Of a stretch of 64,000 bases of DNA, positions 12,664 to 23,954 are shown one piece after another. This DNA comes from Squalus acanthias (Eukaryota). The stretch lies in contig CM059432.1 of NCBI GenBank assembly GCA_030390025.1, forward strand, positions 76,882,001 to 76,946,000, read 5' to 3'. Numbering within the stretch: position 1 is the first letter of the stretch; every line of letters begins with the position of its first letter. A program made the translations under genes and the position numbers. Under the pieces are notes generated by a model. It saw only the letters and a list, made by a program, of their open reading frames with translations, was not told the DNA's origin and searched no databases.

Positions 12664-13940
12664 TGGTAAAAAATCACAGGATTGGGGGTAATATTCTGGC
12701 ATGGATAGAGGATTGGCTATCTAACAGAAAGCAAAGAGTTGGGATAAATGGTTCATTCTCAGACTGGCAATCAGTAACTAGTGGTGTTCCACAGGGGTCA
12801 GTGCTGGGTCCCCAACTCTTCACAATCTATATTAACGATTTGGAGGAAGGGACCAAGTGTAACATATCAAAATTTGCAGATGATACAAAGATGGGAGGGA
12901 AAGTAGTGAGTGAGGAGGACATAAAAAACCTGCAAGGGGACATAGACAGGCTAAGTAAGTGGGCAGAGATTTGGCAGATGGAATACAACACTGGAAAGTG
13001 TGAGGTGATGCACTTTGGCAGGAAAAATCCTAGAGCAATTTATTATCTTAATGGCAAGAAACTGGAGAGTACTGAAGTGCAAAGGGATCTGGGGGTCCTG
13101 GTGCACGAAACTCAAAAGGTTAGTATGCAGGTGCAGCAAGTGATTAAGAAGGCAAATGGAATGTTGGCTTTCATTGCTAGGGGGATAGAATATAAAAATA
13201 GGGAGGTATTGCTTCAGTTGTACAAGGTATTGGTGAGACCGCACCTGGAATACTGCATACAGTTTTGGTGTCCTTACTTAAGGAAAGACATCCTTGCTCT
13301 CGAGGCAGTGCAAAAAAGGTTCACTCGGTTAATCCCGGGGATGAGGGGGTGGTCATATGAGGAGAGGTTGGGTAGATTGGGACTCTACTCATTGGAGTTC
13401 AGAAGAATGAGAGGCGATCTTATTGAAACATATAAGATTGTGAAGGGGTTGGATCGGGTGGATGCGGGGAGGATGTTCCCGATGACGGGTGAGACGAGAA
13501 CTAGGGGACATAGTCTTAGAATAAGGGGCTGCTCTTTCAAAACTGAGATGAGGAGGAACTACTTCACTCAGAGGGTGGTAGGTCCATGGAATATGCTGCC
13601 ACAAAAAGCTGTAGAAGCTACAACATTAATTAAATTTAAAACAGAAATAGACAGTTTCCTAGAAGTAAAGGGCATTAAGGGTTACGGGGAGCGGGCAGGA
13701 ATTTGGACATGAGTCTAGGTTCGGATCGGTCATGGCCCTGTGGGTAGTGGAGCGGGCCCAGGGACTGTGTAGCCTGATTCTGCTCCTATTTCGTGTGTGC
13801 AATTCTGTTAGATGCAGGAGATGGTTCTGTGATAGATAGTAGATTGGCGGTTAGGATCAGATCAGCCATGATCTTATTGAATGGCGGAGCAGGCTCGAGG
13901 GGCCGATTGGCCTACTCCTGCTCCTATTTCTTATGTTCTT
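12664..13940 (+). mobile_element. 5'-truncated CR1 LINE with uninterrupted RT C-terminal ORF
   Basis: 349-aa ORF ([24 protein letters not shown]); 3' stem-loop and atgttctt tail. Confidence 0.95.
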
Positions 13941-16499
13941 ATCCTCCTTCTCTCATCCCACTTCCCCCTCATCCCACAATCTCTTCTGATTTATAAGCTG
14001 CACATGGTGTAAGCATCCGCCTCTTGCTTTTCCACCCTCCCCCCCACCACAACCCTACCCTTGTGCCTTCCTCATTTCAGACACCAAAGAAATCCAGCCT
14101 GCACAGGCAGTGGGTCAACGGGAAGAGGGAGAGGAGAGTGAAGAAGAAGAAGAAGAAGAAGAAACACCGTCACTCGATTTCACACTCCCAGCCACCAGCT
14201 CCTTGAGGTTGTCCTGCAAGGCCATCTGCAGTGTCCCCCACTGCAAGTCAGCAGCCTTCCACCAGCCATGCTGCAGCCACTGGGGTAGCATTACACAACA
14301 TCACCAGGATAGGCAAAGGCACACACAAGACACTCACTAAGGGAATGCACAAGGGTGATTAGTTGATTTCTTGATATAATATTGGATGCATATATGGATA
14401 AAGTTGAATTGGAAGGTTTGCTTTGTGGTGGCTTTTATTTCAGTGTTGTGGTCAAGAGGATGCTGTGATGGTCAGTAACAGAGGGAAGGTATGATGTGGG
14501 ACAAATGTTGAAAGAGGTTCACTGGTACCGCAGGCGGATGATTCGATCCTGGATATCCCAGCCAGAAAGGGGCTGTCTGGGTTGCCTCCTTCCTTCTGCT
14601 TCCTCCTCTTCTGCTTCTTCCCATTCTGTTTCTTCCTCTTTTGCTTCTTCCTCTTGCCTCTGCGAGCAGCTTGTCCCCTTTGCTGCCTCTGCTTCATCTC
14701 CATGTGATCTTGCAGTGCAAGGGGGACAAATAGAGCCCCCAGGACTCTGAGCAAGTGGTCTTCTCAGAGGTCTTCCTTTAACATCCAAAGCCTTGCAAAC
14801 ATCCAGCAGCACTTCCTGCACTCCCTGCACACATTCACAACTTCTTAATGGTATTGCACTGAGCTACTACTCTAATAAATTGTAAAAAAACTCCAAATGC
14901 TGAAATTGAAACTTACCTGAAAGATGTACGTGTCCCTTTAAGAAGCGCTGACAGTGTCTCTGTACAACTGCTGCACACATGTTCTTCCGTGCGTTGTTAG
15001 GAGAGGGCGATATGGAGTGCGGCAACGTCCAAAATCGCAGTCGTGTGTCAATTCAGGCGTTGCACACCGATTGACGTCACGATCTGCATATTTACTTGGG
15101 AGAGGCGAATGCAGGCAACGACAGCGCTACCGACCTCTCCAAAATGGCGGCCGCAATGTTCTGCGCGGGAAGTGGGCAGAAGCGAGGTGGCTGCCATTTT
15201 TTTAACAAAACCGGCCTTAACGCCGGCACAACAACCCCAAATTTCACGGCCATAGAGAGTAAAATGAAACAGAAAAAAAGAGGCATATGATAAATGTCAG
15301 TTTCATAATTCAGTAGAGAACCAAGCTGAGTACAGAAAGTACAGAGAATGTCTGAAAAAAGGGAATAAGAGGGGCAAAGAAAGAGTATGAGAATAGATTA
15401 GCGGCTAACATAAAAGGGAAATCAAAAATCTTTTATGAACATATAAATAGTAAAAGGGTAGTCAAAGGAAGGGTGGGGAAAATTAGGGACCAAAAAGGAA
15501 ATCTTCCTTTGGAGGCAGAGGGTATGGCAGAGATACTAAATAAGTACTTTGCATCTCTCTTCACTAGAGAAGAGGATGCAGCAGTAAAGGAGGAGGCAGC
15601 AGCAATATTTGATAGGATAAAAATGGATAAAGAGGAGGTACCTAAAAGGTTGGCAGTACTCAAAGTAGAAAAGTCACCCAGTCCGGACGGGATGAGAACA
15701 TAAGAATGTAAAAAATAGGAGCAGGGGTAGACCATACAGCCCCTCGAGCCTGCTCCACAATTCAAATAGATCATGGCTGATCTTCAACCTCTAATCCACT
15801 TTCCTGCCCAATCCCCACATTTCTTGATTCTCTTAGAGTCCAAAAATCTATTTATCTCAGCCTTGAATATACTCAACGACTGAGCATCTACAACCCTCTG
15901 GGGCAGAGAATTCCAAAGATTCACAACCCTCTGAGTGAAGAGATTTCTCCTCATCTCAGTCCTAAATAGCCGACCCCTTATCCTGACACTATGCCCCCTA
16001 GTTCTAGACTCTCCAGCCAGGGGAAACAACCTCCCAGCATTTACCCTGTCAAGCCCTCTCAGAATCTAATATGTGTCATTGAGATCACCTCTCATTCTTC
16101 TAAACTCCAGAGAGTATAGGCCCATTCTACTCAATCTCTCCTCATAGGACAACCCTCTCAACCCAGGAATCAATCTAGAGAACCTTTATTGCACCTGTCT
16201 AAGGCAAGTATATCCTTCCTCAGATAAGGAGACCAAAACTGGGCACAGTACTCCAGGTGTGGTCTCACCAAAGCCCTGTACAATTGTAGCAAGACTTCCT
16301 TACTCTTGTACTCCAACCCCCTTGCAATAAGAAAGAAAGATTTATAGAGCGCTTTTCACAACCACCGGATGTCTCAAAGTGCTTTACAGCCAATGAAGTG
16401 CTTTTGAAGTGTAGTCACTGTTGTAATGTTGGAAACATGGCAGCCAATTTGCGCACAGCAAGCTCCCACAAACAGCAATGTGATAATGACCAGATAATC

Positions 16500-19400
16500 T
16501 GTGGTAACACAATACAGCTTCCTGTGACTCGAACTTTATTGCATCACTTCCTGTGATTAGTCCAGGATAAATACTGGACTGATCAGTTGGATCCTGGAGA
16601 GGCATAGAGTAAGACCTCTTTTGTATGTAGCACCTTTTTAGTTGATTAAAGCTTACTTTAAGTTCACCACGCGTAAGGCTCATTCTTATGACAATTTAAT
16701 CAACTTTGGAAAACTTCGCACTCAAACTTTTTGGACGAACTCGGAACTAAGGATTCAGGGAATCACCCATCATGGAAACATCCTTAAACCATCGCGTCTT
16801 GACTTGGACCCAAACACCCCAGCAGCCGGTAAGGTGTGGAAACACTGGTATCACACGTTTGACAATTTCCTTGAATATTGCAAGGCTGATGATGACTCAA
16901 AGTTGCGGATACTCATCAACTGTGTCACCCCGAATGTATTTCAGTATGTGGAGGAATGGGACAGTTACGAGGAGGCAATTCGGACGCTTAAGAGACTATA
17001 TACTAAGACACCGAATGAGGTCTATGCCAGACATCTACTAGCTACAGCCCAACAAGGGCCGGAGGAATCCATTGATAAATTCCTCCAAGAGCTTCGCAGA
17101 CTTAGTATGGACTGTAACTTTCAGGCGGCCTCAGCTGAGCTGTACCGTGAAGAAATGATCCGTGATGCTTTCATCTGCGGGCTTGCCTCCCCATTTATAC
17201 GCCAGCGTCTACTGGAAAGTAAGACACTTGAGCTTCAGAGAGCTTATGACATGGCTTGCTCTCTAGATCTGGCAAAAAGAAATACAGACCTTTATACAGT
17301 GCCCAGACCTCGGTCTACTGCCTTAACTACAGTCAGGCAATTTAAGAGGCCACAGGTGAACTCTATTAGGGAGGTCTTTATCCCTGACGATCAATCTGAT
17401 GACTTCACTGATGAAGAGGATGATGACCCCACTGTGGCAGTCTCTTGGCAATCTAAGAAATGCTTCTTTTGTGGTGATGAGTTTCACCCTCGGAAATTCT
17501 GCCCTGCTCGCAATGCGTTTTGCAGTCATTGCAACAAAAAAGGTCATTTTGCAAAGGTTTGCCTATCAAGAGCCTCTACGAGGGCTTATCAAGCTAAGTC
17601 CTACCGAACTGCCCCGGTAAGGGCTTATCAAGATGTTCCGGCTAACATCTATCGTGCTTCCTCTCGGGTTTCCTCTCGAAGAAACACACCTAGAGTTTCA
17701 GCCACTCTTTGTGCAACGACACCAATTACAGCTGCTTGTCCTCAGAACCTATTCCATGCAGCTACAAAAGCATCAATTAATGGACATACTTTAGATGCCT
17801 TAATTGACTCAGGTAGCACTGATAGTTTCATTAGGGAACAGATTGTTGCAGAGTTAAAGCTACATGTTTTCCCATCGGACCAGGCAGTTGCGATGGCTCA
17901 GTCATCACTTAATACCAGAATTTCTGGCTTTTGTATGGTTGAATAACACTTAATGGTCACAGGTATCCCTCCACCCGGCTTTCGGTGCTCAAGGACTTAT
18001 GTAGTGATCTTATCTTAGGGCTGGATTTTCAAAAGCAGCATAAGAAGCTCACCATTGAGTTCGGCGGATCCAAACCTGAACTCACTATTTCTAATATACT
18101 ACCTCGATTACCGTTCTGTGCATTGTCAGCAGCTTCACTGGATGAACCCTCACTGTTTACCAGTCTCCCTCCTCGATGCAAACCGATTATAACAAAGTCA
18201 CGACGTTTCAGTCAGGAAGACCAGTCTTTTATTGCGGCTGAGATTTCTCGGCTTTTAGCAGAGGATATCATCGAGCCTTGTTCGTCGCCATGGCGCGCCC
18301 AGGTCGTTATTGTTAAGAACCCTCTACAACCTCACAAGAAACGGCTGTGCATTGACTATTCACAGACCATCAATCAATATACGGACTTGGACGCATACCC
18401 ATTGCCGCGCATCGATGATATGGTTAATAAACTGGCTGAGTACACGGTGTTCTCAACATATGATCTGAAAAGTGCTTATCATCAGGTACCCTTGAAGGTC
18501 TCAGACAAGCAGTATACGGCCTTTGAAGCCAATGGACGGCTGTATCAATTTCGTCGCCTCCCCTTTGGGGTCACTAATGGAGTGGCTGTCTTCCAGCGAG
18601 CAATGGATGACCTGGTCAAACAGGAAGACTTGAAGGATACGTTTCCTTATCTGGACAATATTACTGTCGCAGGTCGCAATCAGCGGGAACATGACGCCAA
18701 TCTCCAACGATTTTGGGATGCACTCCAGCACCGTAATTTGACATTAAATGCGGCTAAATCCATTGAGTCACAACCAACCATCAACATCCTTGGCTATTGT
18801 GTGGGCAATGGCATCATTAAACCTGACCCTGAAAGGCTTCGCCCACTCCAAGAACTCCCGCCACCTAAGAATCCGGCCTCCTTGCACCGGGCCCTCGGCC
18901 TGTTTGCATACTATGCTAAATGGATTCCTAACTTCTCGGACCGAATCCAACCTCTACTGAAGGCCAGCACATTCCCACTAGACACAACGGCTGTTGCAGC
19001 CTTTAACCTCCTGAAAAAACAGTTGGAGAAAGCGGCTCTTCACTCCATCGATGAGAGTCTTCCTTTTGTTGTTGAGTGTGATGCCTCGGAGGTGGCGATC
19101 TCGGCCACTCTGAATCAGGAAGGTCGTCCGGTGGCATTTTTGTCCAGGACTTTTCAAGGGGCTGAGCTACATTATCCTCCAGTCGAGAAAGAAGCTACAG
19201 CCATCATAGAGGCAGTACGGAAGTGGAGTCATCTCCTAGCTCGCCAGCACTTTACCTTAATCACGGACCAGCGATCGGTCGCCTTCATGCTCGATAATCG
19301 AAAACGGACCAAAATTAAAAATAATAAAATCCAGCTTTGGCGGCTGGAATTGGCCTCTTTTGGTTACACCATCCACTATCGACCTGGCAAGGAGAATGTG

Positions 19401-20938
19401 GCTCCGGATACCCTCACATGAGCATTCTGCTCCGCCATGGCACCCTCTACGCTCGTAGACATCCATGATGGGTTGTGTCATCCGGGCGTTACTCGCATGC
19501 TACACTTCGTGCGGTCCCGAAATCTCCCATTCTCTACCGAGGATATAAAGAAGATGTGCTCGGACTGCAGAGTCTGTGCGGAATTGAAACCTCAGTTTTT
19601 CCGCCCCTCGGGTGGTATACTCATACATGCGACCCAGCCAATGCAACGGCTTAGCATCGATTTTAAGGGGCCGTTGCCCTCTTCAACTCGCAACACTTAT
19701 CTGTTGACCATGGTCGATGAGTATTCCCGTTTTCCGTTTGCCTTTCCCTGCCCCAATATGCTGACGACCACGGTTATCAGCTGCCTTGAGCAGGTATTTG
19801 CTTTCTGTGGCATGGCATCCTATGTTCATTCGGATCGGGGCCCTTCTTTTATGTCAGGAGAACTCAAGGCCTATCTCTCGGAACGGGGTATTGCTGCCAG
19901 CAGAACGACGCCTTATCATCCGGTCGGGAATGGGCAAGTCGAGCGTTTTAACGCTATCATCTGGAATGCGGTACGTCTGGCTTTGAGATCTCGGGGCCTA
20001 CCCAACCAGCAATGGGAAGCAGTACTTCCAGACGCATTACACTCCACACGGTCCCTCCTTTCGACCGCCACAAATACGACGCCTCATGAACGGTTCTTCC
20101 GATTTCAGCGTCGCTCATCCTATGGGATATCTCTCCCATCGTGGCTGAATACACCGGGACCAGTGCTACTCCGAAGATATGTCCGGGCGTCTAAGAATGA
20201 CCCCCTGGTAGATGAGGTTGAGCTCACTGACGTCAACCCTACCTACGCCTATATTCGGTATCCTGACGGTCGGGAATCTACCGTGTCATTGCGGGATCTG
20301 GCTCCCTGCCCGCCGAAACATAGAGGGACACCAGGGGATGATATTGTACCAGGCACATCTCTGGGCTCGCCAGGTGCCTCTCATCACGATCTGGATCTGA
20401 CGCCGGCTGGTACCTCACTCCAGCGTGCCGACCTGGGGCAGACTGACTATGAGCCCGTCGGGGCTCGCACGCGCAGCCACGATCCACCCCGTACCGTACG
20501 CTCAGAAACGGATCTGCCACAGCCCTGCCCGACAGCCGTTCGGGCACCAGTACACAGTCAGGATCGTCCTGACCCCTCACAGAGCGGGCTGGATCACTCG
20601 GACTCTGGTCCACGGCCCGCGGCAGGTAAACGGGCTAGGGGCCCTCTACCGCTACGAGAACCCAAACGGGTGCGGCTCTCCCTCGTCCAGCGGCTACGAA
20701 ATGGAGGGAGCATCCCGGCCTCCTAATCTTTTGGGGGGGTAGAATGTGGTAACACAATACAGCTTCCTGTGACTCGAACTTTATTGCATCACTTCCTGTG
20801 ATTAGTCCAGGATAAATACTGGACTGATCAGTTGGATCCTGGCGAGGCATAGAGTAAGACCTCTTTTGTATGTAGCACCTTTTTAGTTGATTAAAGCTTA
20901 CTTTAAGTTCACCACGCGTAAGGCTCATTCTTACAACA
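16500..20938 (+). mobile_element. Near-intact Ty3/Gypsy LTR retrotransposon (Mag-like)
   Basis: 194-bp LTRs 16500-16693 and 20745-20938 (TG...CA, 3 mismatches); 5-bp TSD TAATC; PPT gggggggtagaa; order gag-PR-RT-RH-IN. Confidence 0.97.
16772..20726 (+). pseudogene. gag-pol: gag-pol polyprotein with about three lesions
   Basis: Two zinc knuckles CFFCGDEFHPRKFCPARNAFCSHCNKKGHFAKVC, protease ALIDSGS, RT YLDN, RNase H VECDAS, integrase HHCC and SIDFKG/HSDRG/GQVER; frameshifts ~16778 and ~17943, TGA at 19419. Confidence 0.92.
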
Positions 20939-21441
20939 TAATCTGTTTAGTGATGTTGATTGAGGGATAAATATTGTCCAGGACACTGGGGATAACTCCC
21001 CTGCTCTACTTCTGTCATAGGATCTTTTACGTCCACCTGAGTGGGCAGACGGTTTAACATCTCATCCGAAAGACGGCACCTCTGACAGTGCAGTGCTCCC
21101 TCATTATTGCACTGGAATGTCAGCCTAGATTTTTGTGCTCAAGTCTCTGGAGTGGGACTCGAACCCACAGCCTTCTGACTCATATGTTAATAAAGGCCAA
21201 CATACCATTTGCCTTCCTAATTGCTGGCTGTACCTGCATGTTAACTTTCTGTGTTTCGAGTACAAGGACACCCAAATCCCTCTGAACACCAACAGTTAAT
21301 AGTTTCACGCCATTTAAAAAATATTCTGTTTTTCTATTCTTCCTACCAAAATGAATAACCCCAAATTTCCCCACATTATACACCATCTGCAACCTTCTTG
21401 CCCACCAACATAACCTGTCTATATCCCTTTGCAGACTCTTT

Positions 21442-22392
21442 GGGGGGAATTTTAACCCCAAAAAACAGGCGTGTTTGGGTCAGGTGGGAGGTTAAACTGG
21501 TAGAAATCTGAATTATGGCCCCAATCCACCCACTTCCGGTTTTACCGGAGGCGGGACAGGGGCAGGCAGTCAACCTGCTCGAAGGAGGCAGGTTAGCACT
21601 TTAACTAATAGAATAAGACTGCGTGACTCATTTTGAATTTCCATTATAAATTTAACTCTGAGCTGCTGGGTTTCCCGGGCCTCCAGAACCCAGCAGCTCA
21701 AGGAAGGCGAGGACTCCTGGATCCAGGAGGAAAGTGCCTTTCCACTTACCTGCTGGATCCAGCGCCCTGCCTCGCCAACCCCTCGCAATCAGACACCCTG
21801 CCGACCCTTCCACTCTCCCTCGACCTCCCCCCCGATGCCTCTGATCTCCCTCACACAGCCTCCGACCGCCGTAGCCCACCCCCCCCCGTGCCAATCCCGG
21901 CATTCCAACCGCCCCCCACTCCCCGATCCTGGCCTTCCAACCACCCACCTCTCTGATCACGGCCTTCTGACACCCCCTCCAATCTCCGACCTGCCCCGAT
22001 CACGGCTTTCCGACCACCACGCACCCGATCCAGCCTTCCGACATCCCCTCCTCCCGGCCTTCTGACCAACCCCCACCCCTACACCCCACCCCCCACCCCT
22101 ATCCCCCACCCCTACACCCCCCCCCCCCCGCGCCCCCACCGATCCCGGCATCCGATCCCTCCCTCCTCTCTGCTTATCATTTGTGGCCTGGTGCCACAGG
22201 CATAAACGCCCGACAGCCAGTCAGCCTCTCAATCTGGTTGACTGCGGGCGGGCAACAGAGAAAAAAAATGTTAATGAAGCTCTGCCGTTAAATTCGGAAG
22301 GCCCTGAGAGAAACCGGTTCTCCCGAGTTTCCTGAACACAATCCAGCCCCCCCACCTTGCACTCCCTACCTTCCTCAAGTTAAATCCTGCCC
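21442..22392. mobile_element. Harbinger-type MITE
   Basis: TIRs ggggggaatttt / taaatcctgccc; TSD TTT; interrupts CR1; related partial copy ~49866-50330. Confidence 0.7.
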
Positions 22393-23151
22393 TTTTTGAT
22401 TTCCTCACAGCTTAATTTCCCACCTCTATCCATGCTAATATATTACCCCCAACCCCATGAGCCCTTATCTTATGCAACAATCTTTCATGTGGCACCTAAT
22501 CGAATGCCTTTTGAAAATCCTAATATTCTTCATCCAGATTCCCCTTTATCTACCCTGCTAGTTACATTCTCAAAAAACTCTAATGGATTTGTCAAACATG
22601 ATTTCCATTTCATAAAACCATGTTGACACTGCCTAATCTTATTATGATTTTCTAAGTGCCCTGTTACCACTTCCTTAATAATGAATTACAGCATTTTCTC
22701 GACAACTGATGTCAGGCTAGCTGGCCTGTAGTTCGCTATTTTTTTCTCTCTCTTTTCTTGAATAGCAGTGTTATATTTGCTACCTTCCAATCCACTGGAA
22801 TTGTTCCAGAATCTAGGGAATTTTGGAAGATCACAACCAATGCATCCACTCAGATCCAACCCCAACATTGTTATTAAACCTGCTGACAAGGGTGGTGCTG
22901 TTGTTGTTTGACGAACCGACCTCTACTGTGCAGAGGCTGAACGCCAACTCTCTGACACCTCCTCCTACCTCCCCATGGACCATGACCGCACTACTAAACA
23001 TCAAGCCATCGTTTCCAAGACTGTCACTGACCTCATCTCCTCTGAAGATCTTCCCTCCACGGCTGTCAACCTCATAGTCCCCCAACCCCGCACAGCCCGC
23101 TTTTACCCCCTTCCCAAGATCCACAAACAGGGTTGCCTTGGTAGACCCATC

Positions 23152-23954
23152 GGGCAGAATTTTCATTGACCCGTGGAGGCGGGTTTGGAGGCGTGTGGGG
23201 GGTTAAAGTTGCAGATTTGGGGGTCCCGAACCCATCCCGCCCCCAACCCGCCTCCATGCCAGTTTCGCTGGAGGCGGGTACCCGACCTGTGCTGGGACCC
23301 ACCTCCCCGAGGCGGGAAGGGGATTAGTGGCAATAAACTGCCTGTTAACAGGTAGTTAACAGGCAGTTTTTTGCCTAATCCCTATTTTGATGCGTGAAAT
23401 GTGGGCTTCCCGACAGGTCCCAAACACGCCGTTTTAGCGAGGCGGACCGTGGGTCTGCAGGGGTTGGAGGGGTCGATATGTCCGGTGGGCAGGTGAGTGA
23501 TGGGTGCATGTGTACAGAGGTAAGTGTGTAAGGCAAGTGTAAAGTGTGGAAAAAAGTTTTACTTACCTTAACTTCCTCCTGCAGGTGTCAGCCCTTCAGG
23601 TCTCGGGAGTCAGAAATCTCACCGGCACAGAAAACAGAATGGCCGTTGAGCTGTCAAAAACTGCAGCCTCTGTTTTCTGTGCTGGATTGATTTCTAACTC
23701 AGCCTGAGAGGAAGGACTCAAGTTAGAAGACAGATATTTCATCTGTCAAAAGCTCTTGACAGATGAAATGTCAATCTGTGACGTCACCTGTTGCCGGGTG
23801 GCCCTTAATTGGCCTGCTGAGCCCGCTGGGCAGGCTCAACAAGGTCAATCAAGTGAAAACACAGTGGGTTGGCCACAAGTCGATGGAGCTGGGACTACAA
23901 CCCAAAAAGTGGGAGTCCAGCCTCCATCACGTCCCCAGAATCAAAATCCAGCCC
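23152..23954. mobile_element. Harbinger-type MITE (803 bp)
   Basis: TIRs gggcagaatttt / aaaatccagccc; TSD ATC; close second copy at 54302-55147. Confidence 0.88.

Larger units (their letters stand above)
11750..15251 (+). mobile_element. PIF/Harbinger derivative: Myb/SANT gene (+) and core-deleted transposase (-), with CR1 insertion
   Basis: TIRs ggcatagaaattgg / caaatttcacggcc; Myb/SANT exon to 12229, acceptor tttctctttcag ~12502; minus-strand acidic tail ending IQDRIIRLRYQ* (14519). Confidence 0.8.
16330..21181 (-). mobile_element. Deu-domain SINE (SacSINE1-like) split by the Gypsy element (16330-16499 + 20944-21181)
   Basis: Rejoined sequence matches copies at 33812-34236 and 59156-59610; tRNA B-box-like gggttcgagtccc on minus strand. 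Confidence 0.8.
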
